Shown here piece by piece: positions 46,285 to 56,136 of a stretch of 64,000 nt of DNA. Both the position numbers and the translations under genes were made by a program. Each line of letters opens with the position of its first letter. The first letter of the stretch is position 1. The notes beneath the pieces are model-generated. The model was not told the DNA's origin and did no database searches. It worked only from the letters and a program-made list of their open reading frames with translations. Source of the DNA: an uncultured bacterium (GTDB taxonomy: Bacteria > Krumholzibacteriota > Krumholzibacteriia > WVZY01); assembly GCA_964654695.1 (NCBI GenBank), contig CAZZKJ010000003.1, positions 58,909-122,908 on the forward strand, in the 5' to 3' direction.

Positions 46285-48588
46285 TTATGCCGGCAATTCA
46301 TTATCGTCGGAGAGGAGCTTATTGATGGCGTTAAGTATTTGCTTTTTTGTAAATGGCTTGCTGATGAGCAAATCCACGCCGGCATTTCTGCTCTGTTCCA
46401 AGTCTATCTGGAATCCCCATCCGGTCAGCATTATAATTTTGCCCGGGCAATCTTTAGACCGCACGGCCTTGGTAATCTCCCATCCGGAAACGTCCTGCAT
46501 TCCCAGATCAGTAATAATCACATCGAAATCCGTTCCCTTGACCGCTGCCAGACCCGATTCGCCCGTGTTGCGGCAGGTGACCTCATGGCCGGCTCGTTTC
46601 AGCATGGTTTCAAGAGCGCTCAATATCATCGGTTCGTCATCTATTACCAGAATATTTCCGCCGCGTGAGGAAACCGCGGTAAAACCTGCCTTTTTAACGG
46701 GAACAGTTTCTTTTATGGGCAGAGTGATAACGAACCGTGTGCCTTTGCCGGGAGTGCTTGCAACTTGAATTTCACCATCATGCCTGGTTACTATTCCATA
46801 GGTAATTCCCAATCCCAGTCCCGTTCCCTTGACTCCCTTGGTGGTAAAGAAAGGATCGAACACTTTTTTAACGGTTATCCCGTCCATGCCTTTTCCGGTA
46901 TCTTCTATAACAACTTCTATGCTGGAATCAAACGTTCGCGTTGATACGAATATTCTGCCGCCATCGGGCATTGCTTCGAAAGCGTTGAGAAAAATATTTG
47001 TCAAAGCTTCGCGAAGCTCGGCCGGGTTGCCGAAGATGGGCGGGTTGTCCCGGAGATCCATTTTGAAATCAAATCTGATTCCCCAGCTGGCAGCTTCGTT
47101 TTTCCATTTGGCTTCAGTTATCTTCAGGGTATCCTCAATAACTTCATTGATATTGACCTCGGTGTATATCCCTCCTTTACGTACACGTGAGAACTCCTGT
47201 ATGCGCCTGACGATTTCAGCCCCGTCAAGAGTCGTATTCTCGACCAATTTGAGCATGGTCTTCATTTCCGGATCCTTGGCGTCTTCAAGAAGATTTTGAA
47301 TATTTCCAAGAATTCCAGAGAGGATATTATTAAAGCCGTGGGCTATTCCCGCAGCCATCTCTCCCAAAGCTCTGAGCCTTTCCGAACTGACCATTTTCTC
47401 CTGAGTTTCCTTGAGTTCCTTGTCCCTCAGCAGGATGGCTTTTTCCATCTCGACTCTTTCAGTGATGTCGCGGATAACTTCCAATACCTTGTCGACTTTT
47501 CCCTGCGCCAGGATAGGAGACGCCGTGATTTCAAAACTCCTGACTTCTCCTGTTGCAATGACTTCCGCTTTTATAGAGCGCTTTGAAGTACCGTTCTCGA
47601 AAACCTCTTTGATGGGATGATCGACCAGGGGATAGACTTTCCTGCCGTCTATTTCGAAAGAAAGCTCCTCGATCAACTGATCTTTGATCGATCCCTCCGG
47701 GAGTTTCATCAAGCGGTAAAAAGCCGGGTTGACATCGGTTAAACGGCAATTTCTATCTACAACAATGACGCTGTCGTCCATGCTGGAGATCAGGGCTGCA
47801 AGATAATCTCTGGTCTCTCTGATTTGGATATTGCTCTGGGATATGATTTCATAACTTTTTTTCAGGTTTTCCGTCATGGTGTTGAATGAATCCGCAAGCT
47901 CCGCAAATTCATCCTTGGAATCAATAACAGCTCTGTAGCCGAGATCCCCGTTGGCAATTCTTTTTGTCGCCGTCAAAAGCGTATCCATTGGAGCAATCAA
48001 TTTCCGGCTGAACGAGTAGGCCACATAAAAGGCTACGATAATTCCAATGATCAAGGTTATCAGGAATATTATCCACGACCTGTGAGCCTGTTCGATTATT
48101 TGGTTTTCCCGCGTTTCCATGTGCCTGCCGGCCTGCATAGAAATATCGAATGTGCTCGTATTTATCTGTTTTCCCATTTTCATCAGGTCGGTTTTGAGTT
48201 CGGCTTCGGCCCGTTCGTCGGACGCCACCATCAGGGCCGGAAGCTTGTTCTGATAGTTGTGTATAAGGGCCTTTATTTTGATCTGCTTATCATGCACATT
48301 CCGGCTGTGGTGGCATGACAGACATTTGGATATTGCGGATTGAATTTTTTCGAGATGAATGTTGAATTGTGCAAGCTGCTCGGGTTTATCGGGATCGAGC
48401 AAGAAAAGGTCGGTTTGCAGACTTGCGCCTGCAATTACGAGATTCTCCCGCATCATCTCGGATTCATGAGGCTCTATTAGTGTTATGAGTTCAGAAGTAA
48501 TTCGCCGAATATAAAGAACCGATGCAATATCGCCTAGAAGAAAAAGAATGCTCAAGGCGGTTATTCCTATGATGACTCGTCTGCGCAT
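46285..48588 (-). CDS. Membrane hybrid sensor kinase (helical periplasmic domain with CxxCH, HAMP, PAS, HisKA, HATPase, REC)
   Basis: Two TMs around KCLSCHH; HAMP (DEFAELADSFNTM); AHGFNN H-box; NAFEA, DTGKG, FFTTK and GTGLGL; C-terminal receiver (IDDE...TDLGM). Confidence 0.93.
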   Translation of the reverse strand: MRRRVIIGITALSILFLLGDIASVLYIRRITSELITLIEPHESEMMRENLVIAGASLQTDLFLLDPDKPEQLAQFNIHLEKIQSAISKCLSCHHSRNVHDKQIKIKALIHNYQNKLPALMVASDERAEAELKTDLMKMGKQINTSTFDISMQAGRHMETRENQIIEQAHRSWIIFLITLIIGIIVAFYVAYSFSRKLIAPMDTLLTATKRIANGDLGYRAVIDSKDEFAELADSFNTMTENLKKSYEIISQSNIQIRETRDYLAALISSMDDSVIVVDRNCRLTDVNPAFYRLMKLPEGSIKDQLIEELSFEIDGRKVYPLVDHPIKEVFENGTSKRSIKAEVIATGEVRSFEITASPILAQGKVDKVLEVIRDITERVEMEKAILLRDKELKETQEKMVSSERLRALGEMAAGIAHGFNNILSGILGNIQNLLEDAKDPEMKTMLKLVENTTLDGAEIVRRIQEFSRVRKGGIYTEVNINEVIEDTLKITEAKWKNEAASWGIRFDFKMDLRDNPPIFGNPAELREALTNIFLNAFEAMPDGGRIFVSTRTFDSSIEVVIEDTGKGMDGITVKKVFDPFFTTKGVKGTGLGLGITYGIVTRHDGEIQVASTPGKGTRFVITLPIKETVPVKKAGFTAVSSRGGNILVIDDEPMILSALETMLKRAGHEVTCRNTGESGLAAVKGTDFDVIITDLGMQDVSGWEITKAVRSKDCPGKIIMLTGWGFQIDLEQSRNAGVDLLISKPFTKKQILNAINKLLSDDNELPA

Positions 48589-48880
48589 AAGTGTTAATCC
48601 GCTCGATTAACGGGGAAGTGTTGGATCCTCCCTATAATTGCCGCCGATCCGTTAAGATAAGTTCAATATATATCAGCAAGTTTATATGAGGCGCCGCAAT
48701 TTGACAAGGCCGCTTTGATCCACCGCAGCCTTTTTAACCTTGTATGCAGATGGGCTTTTATGTAGAGTTCCGGTTTGAGTTTCATTTAATTCTCAGGTCG
48801 GGGAAAACCGGTGGTCCGGGCAAGGGAAAGGGCTTAGAAGAACCGATTCTTTACATGCAAATGCAGGAGGTAATATATAG

Positions 48881-50269
48881 ATGGCTTTCATAGAGAAGTC
48901 GATGTTTCGCGAGTACGATATACGAGGGCTTGTAAACGACAAGGAATTGAATCCGCGAAGCGGCGCTTTGATAGGAAGGGCATACGGCACATTTCTGGAG
49001 AAAAAGGAAATAAAGGACGTGGTTGTGGGGTATGACAGCCGCTTTGGTTCGGTTGAGATAAAAGAAGGCCTAATTGAGGGTTTATTGGCGGCTGGCAGGA
49101 ATATAATCGAGATTGGCATGTGTTTGACGCCGATGATGTACTGGTCACAGTATCACCTGAATGTAAAAGGCGGCGTTATGGTTACCGGCAGTCATAATCC
49201 GAAAGGCTGGAACGGGCTCAAACTAGCATGCGGCTTGTCCTGTACCCTCATCGGTGAGGAGCTGTTGGATCTCCTGAATATAATAGAAAATGAAACCTTC
49301 GTAGACGGCAGCGGAACCAGGAGTGATACTTCTCTTCTCGAAAACTACAGCGACGATCTCGCCGGAAGAATCGCAATGAAGAAAAAACTGAAAATTGTCA
49401 TCGATGCCGGCAACGGCACTGCCGGCGCTATCGCTCCTGGGGTGTTGCGCAAAGCGGGGATTGATGTAATAGAGCAGTTTTGCGAATTGGATACGGCTTT
49501 CCCCAATCATGAACCGGATCCGGCGCTCAAGCAGACGGTGGAAGCATTGGGACGAAGGGTTGTTGCAGAAGGCGCTGATTTCGGGTTTGCCTTTGACGGC
49601 GACGGTGACCGCCTGGGGGTGGTTGACGAAAAAGGCGCTGTTATATGGCCCGACAGGTATATGATCCTGCTTTCCCGTCAGGTTCTCGAGAAAAAGCCCG
49701 GCAGCAAGATAATTTTCGATGTCAAATGCTCTCAGGCACTTGAGGAGGATATAACAGCTCAGGGCGGGATTCCCGTCATGTGGAAAACCGGGCATTCTCA
49801 TATCAAGGCGAAACTGCATGAAGTTCAAGGAGCCCTTGCCGGAGAAATGAGCGGTCATATCTTTTTCGTTGAAAATTACTATGGATTTGATGACGGTCTC
49901 TACGCGGGCATGAGATTGGCGGAATACATATCAAGCAAAAACGAACCTCTGTCGGCAATAATCGAAGACACTCCCTATTATGTTTCTTCGCCTACAATTC
50001 ATGTCGACTGCCCGGATGACAAGAAATACCGGGTGGTTGATCGTTTAACCGAAGAATTCAAGAGAGATTTTCCGGAGGTTGTAGATATAAACGGCGCGCG
50101 TGTCCCCTTTGAAAACGGATGGGGATTGGTTCGGGCTTCCTCAAATATGCCGATGCTGGTTTTGCGGTTTGAAGCCAAAACCGCCGAACGTCTCGATGAA
50201 ATCAAGCGCCTTTTTCGAACATATATGGACAAATACGAAGAAATAGACAAGAAATGGCATAATGAATAG
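48881..50269 (+). CDS. Phosphomannomutase/phosphoglucomutase
   Basis: FREYDIRG, TGSHNP, FDGDGDR and GEMSGH. Confidence 0.95.
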   Translation: MAFIEKSMFREYDIRGLVNDKELNPRSGALIGRAYGTFLEKKEIKDVVVGYDSRFGSVEIKEGLIEGLLAAGRNIIEIGMCLTPMMYWSQYHLNVKGGVMVTGSHNPKGWNGLKLACGLSCTLIGEELLDLLNIIENETFVDGSGTRSDTSLLENYSDDLAGRIAMKKKLKIVIDAGNGTAGAIAPGVLRKAGIDVIEQFCELDTAFPNHEPDPALKQTVEALGRRVVAEGADFGFAFDGDGDRLGVVDEKGAVIWPDRYMILLSRQVLEKKPGSKIIFDVKCSQALEEDITAQGGIPVMWKTGHSHIKAKLHEVQGALAGEMSGHIFFVENYYGFDDGLYAGMRLAEYISSKNEPLSAIIEDTPYYVSSPTIHVDCPDDKKYRVVDRLTEEFKRDFPEVVDINGARVPFENGWGLVRASSNMPMLVLRFEAKTAERLDEIKRLFRTYMDKYEEIDKKWHNE

Positions 50270-50381
50270 AATCAGCCCGGATCATTGACTGAGAAACCGC
50301 CGACAGGGGACAAGTTGCCGGCGGATTCTGCAATCCAACAAACTTCGCAAAGCTGATAAAGTCTAACGCGGGGGCTCTATA

Positions 50382-52205
50382 ATGAAAAATAAATTCCTCT
50401 TTTTTCACGCGATTGGTTCTGTTTGTATTCTGGTTCTCCTGCTTTTTTTACCGGCCGCCGTGCTGGCCCAAGGTCCTGATCTCCCCGATGGTTATATGTC
50501 TGCAGGCGAATCCGCCAAGATAATTGCCAAGACTTTAACGATTACACTGCACCCCGATCTTTCCCCTCTTTCTCCGGCTGAAAGAGGAACTGCATCCCGA
50601 ATAATCGAGGCCGGCGGTATTCTTCATAAACTCTATGAACAATCGCTTCATCACCAGGCCAGGGCGGCCTACGAAGCCCTGGTGGAAACGGACGAAGGAT
50701 TGGGATCCCCTGTCGGCACTCGAAATCTAATGCAGCTGTATTACTTGTTCAAAGGGCCGATAATCAGGGATCTTGATGATGAATATGTCCCCATCCTGCC
50801 GGTAGACAATAAGGTTCCCGGCCGCAATGTTTATCCTTGGGGGATAGTGAAAGATGAGGTCGATAAGTTCATTGGAGCGCATCCCGGCGAAAGGAAAGGT
50901 ATTCTCGAACTTAGAACGGTAGTTCGGCGCACGGAGAGAGATGCAGTCAGGGCCGATATCGACGCACTGGAACGTTATCCGGTTTTGGACATCCTTCACC
51001 CAGGATTAAAAGAGCGTTTAAACGATCTGGAAAAATCAAAGAGTGAAGAAGATCTGTACGTCGTTCCATATTCGGTCGCATATGCAAATGATTTGATGAG
51101 GGTATACAGCCTCCTTCAGCAGGCGGCCGCAATCATACGGGCCGAAGATGCGGAATTCGCGCGCTTTTTAAGCCACCGCGCCGTAGATATCCTCAGAGAC
51201 GATTATGAAGCCGGAGATGCGGCTTGGGTCAGGGGGAAATTCAAACATCTGAACGCCCAGATCGGTTCTTACGAGGTGTATGATGATGAACTTTACGCGG
51301 TAAAAACTTTTTTCAGCCTGAGCCTGCTGATTAAGGATTTGAAAAAAAGCGCCGATCTCGAATCAGCCTTGACGGGATTTCAAGAATTTGAAGACGCCCT
51401 TCCATATCAATATCACAAGAAAGTCCAGGAGAACATTCCGGTAGGCGTTTATAATGTTATAGCCGATTTTGGCCAGTCGCGCGGAGCCAATACGGCTACT
51501 ATACTACCCAATGAAAGTTACCTGGCGAGGAAGTACGGCAGGATCATCCTGATAAGGCAAAATATTATCAGCAATCCCGAACTCTACTCCATATCCAGAA
51601 CTAGTTGGAAGGCTGCGGTTATGGATAGGCATTTCGATGATTACAAAGCGGACGGCAATTTCTATAGAACCTTATGGCATGAAATCGGCCATTACCTGGG
51701 CCCCGACCTGGCCGAAGACGGACGCACGCTCGGCGAAGCCCTTCAGGAGTACTCTCAAGTTTTGGAAGAGCTCAAGGCCGACCTGGTGTCGCTGTTCTTG
51801 ACGAAACCTCTTGAAAAACGCGGGTATTACTCTGTGGAACAGGTGAGAAGCGTCTATGCCAGCGGTATTCGCCGGGTTCTTCTCAAAAACCAGCCGAAGA
51901 AAGGCCAAACCTACCAGACAATGGAGCTCATGCAGATGAATTACTTTCTCGAGCACGGGCTTTTGGAATTCGATAAGGCCGACGGAAGGTTTGGAATCGC
52001 ATATGATAAATACAATGATGTGATTGCCGGTATGCTTGGGGAAGTCCTTGCCCTGCAGTATAGCGGAGACAAGAAGGCCGCGGGTAACTTCATAAGAAAA
52101 TACGGTTCCTGGCACGATGACATCCAGGGAATCATTGCCAGCAGAATGATCGATACGGAAAAATACAGATACGTAATGGTGCATTACTCCGTTCTCGAGA
52201 ATTGA
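50382..52205 (+). CDS. Exported peptidase family M49 (dipeptidyl-peptidase III-like)
   Basis: ATILPN, WHEIGHYLGP and EELKADL; signal peptide. Confidence 0.85.
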   Translation: MKNKFLFFHAIGSVCILVLLLFLPAAVLAQGPDLPDGYMSAGESAKIIAKTLTITLHPDLSPLSPAERGTASRIIEAGGILHKLYEQSLHHQARAAYEALVETDEGLGSPVGTRNLMQLYYLFKGPIIRDLDDEYVPILPVDNKVPGRNVYPWGIVKDEVDKFIGAHPGERKGILELRTVVRRTERDAVRADIDALERYPVLDILHPGLKERLNDLEKSKSEEDLYVVPYSVAYANDLMRVYSLLQQAAAIIRAEDAEFARFLSHRAVDILRDDYEAGDAAWVRGKFKHLNAQIGSYEVYDDELYAVKTFFSLSLLIKDLKKSADLESALTGFQEFEDALPYQYHKKVQENIPVGVYNVIADFGQSRGANTATILPNESYLARKYGRIILIRQNIISNPELYSISRTSWKAAVMDRHFDDYKADGNFYRTLWHEIGHYLGPDLAEDGRTLGEALQEYSQVLEELKADLVSLFLTKPLEKRGYYSVEQVRSVYASGIRRVLLKNQPKKGQTYQTMELMQMNYFLEHGLLEFDKADGRFGIAYDKYNDVIAGMLGEVLALQYSGDKKAAGNFIRKYGSWHDDIQGIIASRMIDTEKYRYVMVHYSVLEN

Positions 52206-52330
52206 ACTTCCGTTTCCACGTCCTTGAGATCATGATACTTAGATGGAAATAGCAACTATTTCATTTTTTTCTTTTCAAGTTGGAATCGTTGTATTATTTT
52301 ACCGTCTAATTAATATCTGAAAGGACCGTC

Positions 52331-53476
52331 ATGATAATCGGCATACCAAAAGAAACATTGAAAGGTGAGAGACGTGTAGCGCTGATTCCCGCGGCAATCG
52401 CTCCGCTGGATAAAGCGGGTCTCGAAGTTGAGGTTGAAGCCGGCGCCGGCGAAAGCGCAGGATTCGTCGATGAAGAATACAGGAATAAGGGGGCCCTCGT
52501 CATTTCCGGGCGCAAGGAGCTGTTTGAAAAATCCGATATTATTTTGCAGGTGCGATCGCTGGGAGCGAATCCCGAGTCGGGTTTAGATGACTTACAGTTG
52601 ATGCGTCCGGGTCAGGTAATTGCGGGGTTTTCAGAACCATTTACAGCCTTAGATGCGGTAAAAGCTCTTGCCGAGAAGAAAGTAACTTCTTTCTCCATGG
52701 AACTCATTCCGCGTATTACAAGGGCGCAGAGCATGGACGCGCTTTCTTCCATGGCCACCGTCGCCGGCTATAAAGCCGTGCTCATGGCCGCCGGAGAGCT
52801 CGTGCGTATGTTTCCGATGTTTATGACTGCCGCCGGGACGATTACTCCTGCGAGGATTTTCATTATAGGCGCCGGCGTCGCCGGACTGCAGGCAATCGCC
52901 ACGGCAAAACGTCTCGGTGCCGTGGTAAGCGCATATGATCTGCGCCCGGCTGTTAAAGAACAAGTGGAAAGCCTCGGCGGCCGTTTTATCGAGCTCGAAC
53001 TCGATATCGGCGAATCGGAAGATAAGGGCGGATATGCAAAAGAGATGGATGATCAGTTCTACAAAAAGCAAAGAGAAATGATGGCAAAAGTAGTAATGGA
53101 AAGCGACGTGGTCATAACAACAGCCGCCGTTCCGGGCAAGAAAGCCCCGATCCTGATTACAGCGGACATGGTTAGGAGCATGGGAAGAGGATCGGTTTTA
53201 ATAGATCTCGCAGCCGAAAGAGGCGGAAACTGTGAACTGACGGAACCCGGCCGCCGTATTGAGACAGACGGTGTAACAATAATCGGTCCGCTGAATCTGC
53301 CGTCGACAATCCCTTATCATGCGAGCCAGATGTATGCCAAGAATATTTCGGCTTTTTTGCTGAACATGATAAAAGAAGGCGCCCTGAAACTGGATATGGA
53401 AGACGAGATCGTTCATGAGACTCTTGTTACTCATGATGGGGAAATAGTAAATGAGCGCATACGCGCTTTAATATAA
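52331..53476 (+). CDS. pntA: NAD(P) transhydrogenase subunit alpha, part 1 (dI)
   Basis: RITRAQSMDALSSMATVAGYKAV and GAGVAGLQAIATAKRLGA. Confidence 0.96.
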   Translation: MIIGIPKETLKGERRVALIPAAIAPLDKAGLEVEVEAGAGESAGFVDEEYRNKGALVISGRKELFEKSDIILQVRSLGANPESGLDDLQLMRPGQVIAGFSEPFTALDAVKALAEKKVTSFSMELIPRITRAQSMDALSSMATVAGYKAVLMAAGELVRMFPMFMTAAGTITPARIFIIGAGVAGLQAIATAKRLGAVVSAYDLRPAVKEQVESLGGRFIELELDIGESEDKGGYAKEMDDQFYKKQREMMAKVVMESDVVITTAAVPGKKAPILITADMVRSMGRGSVLIDLAAERGGNCELTEPGRRIETDGVTIIGPLNLPSTIPYHASQMYAKNISAFLLNMIKEGALKLDMEDEIVHETLVTHDGEIVNERIRALI

Positions 53477-53512
53477 TTAGCATCGACTTCTGAACGCAAA
53501 GGGAGGTTAGAA

Positions 53513-53797
53513 ATGGAGATGTTCATAATGGTTGTGACGATCTTTGTCCTCGCCATTTTCGTCGGATTCGAAGTAATTACCAAAGTACCTCCTACGCTTC
53601 ATACGCCGTTGATGTCGGGCTCGAATGCCATATCCGGTATTACATTCATCGGAGCTATGATCTCCGCAGGCGCGCAGCAGACCACTCTCACTACGGCATT
53701 GGGATTCACTGCTGTAGTTTTTGCGGCCATTAATGTAGTCGGTGGATTCCTTGTCACAGATAGAATGCTCAAAATGTTCAAGAAAAAGAAGGATTGA
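53513..53797 (+). CDS. pntA: NAD(P) transhydrogenase subunit alpha, part 2
   Basis: VPPTLHTPLMSGSNAISG and INVVGGFLVTDRML. Confidence 0.96.
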   Translation: MEMFIMVVTIFVLAIFVGFEVITKVPPTLHTPLMSGSNAISGITFIGAMISAGAQQTTLTTALGFTAVVFAAINVVGGFLVTDRMLKMFKKKKD

Positions 53798-53851
53798 GTT
53801 TCTTGTTATCATCAGAAAATTTTCAAATCGGCACGAATGAGGTAATCAGTT

Positions 53852-55240
53852 ATGCACGTGGTTTTAATTAATTTTACATATCTGGCGGCATCGATACTTT
53901 TTATTCTGGGGCTTAAAGGCCTGGCCCATCCGCGCACGGCGGTCCGCGGCAACCTGTTTGGGGCTTTGGGTATGCTTCTCGCAATCGTTGTTACACTGCT
54001 GGACAGGCGCATTGTGAGCTACGAAATCATCCTTGCGGGTGCGGTTATCGGTTCGGCAATCGGTGCAATACTTGCCGTTAAGATCAAAATGACATCGATG
54101 CCGCAGCTGGTAGCCCTCTTCAACGGCTTCGGCGGCGGAGCGTCGATTCTGGTAGCAGGTGCGGCGTTAATAGAAAGCAATATAAATCCCGCCGACTCCA
54201 TGCTGCAGCTGAAGATTGCAACCGTCGCATCGGGAATAATCGGTGCGGTAACGTTCTGGGGAAGCCTGGTAGCTTTTGCCAAGCTGCAGGAGGTTATTTC
54301 GGGTAATGCCATCCATTATCCCATGCAAAAAGCGATAAACGCATTACTCGGCGCTGCAGCCCTTGCCGCCGGTGTATGGGTAATCATGAATCCTTCTGAT
54401 ATCAGCTTTTACTGGTTGCTCGTGGGGGTGTCATCGGTCCTGGGAATATTGCTGGTGATTCCAATCGGAGGCGCCGACATGCCTGTTGTTATTGCCCTTC
54501 TGAATTCCTACTCCGGACTGGCCGCCGCAGCCACCGGATTCGTGCTTTCTAATAATGTTCTTATAATAGCGGGTTCGCTCGTAGGCGCGTCGGGAATAAT
54601 ACTCACGCAGATCATGTGCAAAGCGATGAACCGGTCGCTGACGCATGTTCTATTCGGAGTACTGGGACCGACCGAGGGAGGACCCTCAGCCGATGATGTT
54701 TATGCGGGCAAAATCAAGTCCACGTCCGCCGAAGAAGTGGCCATGCTTTTCGATTCCGCCAGGCGTGTCGTAATAGTCCCCGGGTACGGCCTGGCTGTCG
54801 CCCAGGCCCAGCACGCGGTGCGTGATCTGTGCAATCTTCTCGAGAGCAGGGATATAAGCGTCGAGTTCGCAATTCACCCGGTCGCCGGCAGAATGCCGGG
54901 CCACATGAATGTTCTTCTGGCCGAAGCAAACGTTCCCTATGATAAACTGTTGGAAATGGATGCCGTCAATCCTACGATGGAGCAGGTTGATATCGCCATC
55001 GTTATCGGCGCCAACGATGTTGTCAACCCCGTTGCTCACACCGATCCTTCCAGCCCGATCGCGGGTATGCCCATAATCGATGTCGACAAAGCTCGAACGG
55101 TCATAATCATCAAAAGAAGCTTGAGTCCAGGTTTCGCAGGAATTCCAAATCCATTGTTTGCATTGGATAAAAGCCTCATGCTGTTCGGAGACGGCAAGAA
55201 AGTCACCCTCGATCTCATAAGCGCCGTCAAGGAATCGTGA
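53852..55240 (+). CDS. pntB: NAD(P) transhydrogenase subunit beta
   Basis: IGGADMPVVI.LLNSYSG, HPVAGRMPGHMNVLLAEA and GANDVVNP. Confidence 0.97.
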   Translation: MHVVLINFTYLAASILFILGLKGLAHPRTAVRGNLFGALGMLLAIVVTLLDRRIVSYEIILAGAVIGSAIGAILAVKIKMTSMPQLVALFNGFGGGASILVAGAALIESNINPADSMLQLKIATVASGIIGAVTFWGSLVAFAKLQEVISGNAIHYPMQKAINALLGAAALAAGVWVIMNPSDISFYWLLVGVSSVLGILLVIPIGGADMPVVIALLNSYSGLAAAATGFVLSNNVLIIAGSLVGASGIILTQIMCKAMNRSLTHVLFGVLGPTEGGPSADDVYAGKIKSTSAEEVAMLFDSARRVVIVPGYGLAVAQAQHAVRDLCNLLESRDISVEFAIHPVAGRMPGHMNVLLAEANVPYDKLLEMDAVNPTMEQVDIAIVIGANDVVNPVAHTDPSSPIAGMPIIDVDKARTVIIIKRSLSPGFAGIPNPLFALDKSLMLFGDGKKVTLDLISAVKES

Positions 55241-55315
55241 GTTGTTCCTGCTCTGGTAAAGTAAATCTCCTCTCTTGTCTGACTCCCGAACCGAAGCCGG
55301 GGATTCTGTATCTTC

Positions 55316-55443
55316 CGAACCGCTCCGGGATTGCCGGAGGCTTCAATTTGTAAGAGGATGGAGTCATGGAAAAACATAAGAGGCACTCGCCTGAGGTGAG
55401 ATAGCGGGCGCGATTGAAGGAGATCGAGCGAGAAAACCGCGAG
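55316..55443 (+). mobile_element. Degenerate IS3-family (IS51 group, IS629/IS6110-like) left end plus a deleted orfA remnant
   Basis: cGAACCGCTCCGGGATTGCCGGAG resembles the TGAACCGCCCCGG... left IR. RBS and ATG 55366 give MEKHKRHSPEVR*RA fused to RLKEIERENRE, i.e. the N- and C-terminal orfA motifs with the middle deleted. Confidence 0.75.
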
Positions 55444-55670
55444 AAGCCCACATTGATATTTCAGATATCACCCGGTCCTATTTGGAAATGCATCGAAAAA
55501 CTACGGATTGGTCCTCGGGTCCTTCTCGGGTATTCGGGATGGAATCTTTAGTATTAAAAACAATGTTCTTGGAAAAGACGTGTTAGCGAAAGTGATCTTC
55601 CATTATAGGAGTTCCGAATAGGTAGAAAATCCCGGACAAGTTATTATTTGATAATGTATTAATATTAGCA

Positions 55671-55699
55671 TTGACAGGTGCGTCAAATATATATATCAT
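55671..55699 (+). promoter_or_regulatory. sigma70 promoter of rrf2-suf with a palindrome over the -35 box
   Basis: TTGACA-N17-TATCAT; TTGAC-N6-GTCAA inverted repeat at 55671-55686. Confidence 0.7.
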
Positions 55700-55740
55700 T
55701 AATATGATGATATTGGAGATATTATATTGAGGTGATTAAT

Positions 55741-56136
55741 ATGCTGCAGCTATCAAAAGCGACCGATTATGCGCTCCTCTTTCTTGCGAGCCTGTCCAAT
55801 CGTCCCGGTCACCGCTGGAGCGTGCGCGAGGCTGCAGAGGAGCTAAAAATTTCCCGCACCTTTTTGGCGAACATTGTTCACCAACTGGCGCGAAGAAACA
55901 TAATCGTCACAAGCAAAGGGTCCGGCGGCGGTGTGGAACTAAGGAGAAAGCCGCGCGGAATAACGTTAAGAGACGTCATTGAAGTTTTCGAAGGACCGCT
56001 GTCTTTTGTCGATTGTGACGGCTGCGGCCCCGAACGCTCGAATAGCTGCTCTATGCATACTTATTGGGATGATCTGCGCATCAAAATGGTAGAGAGTTTT
56101 ACAAAAACCACTATTGAGGATATCGGAGGAAATTGA
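55741..56136 (+). CDS. Rrf2 family transcriptional regulator (IscR-like Fe-S sensor)
   Basis: wHTH with S.KGSGGG..L...P..ITL.DVI..FEG; CDGC-x7-C-x2-H. Confidence 0.92.
   Translation: MLQLSKATDYALLFLASLSNRPGHRWSVREAAEELKISRTFLANIVHQLARRNIIVTSKGSGGGVELRRKPRGITLRDVIEVFEGPLSFVDCDGCGPERSNSCSMHTYWDDLRIKMVESFTKTTIEDIGGN

Noticed and set aside
52331-55240. Three-gene transhydrogenase (split alpha subunit)
   Set aside because: The split pntAA/pntAB/pntB arrangement is well known; not novel.
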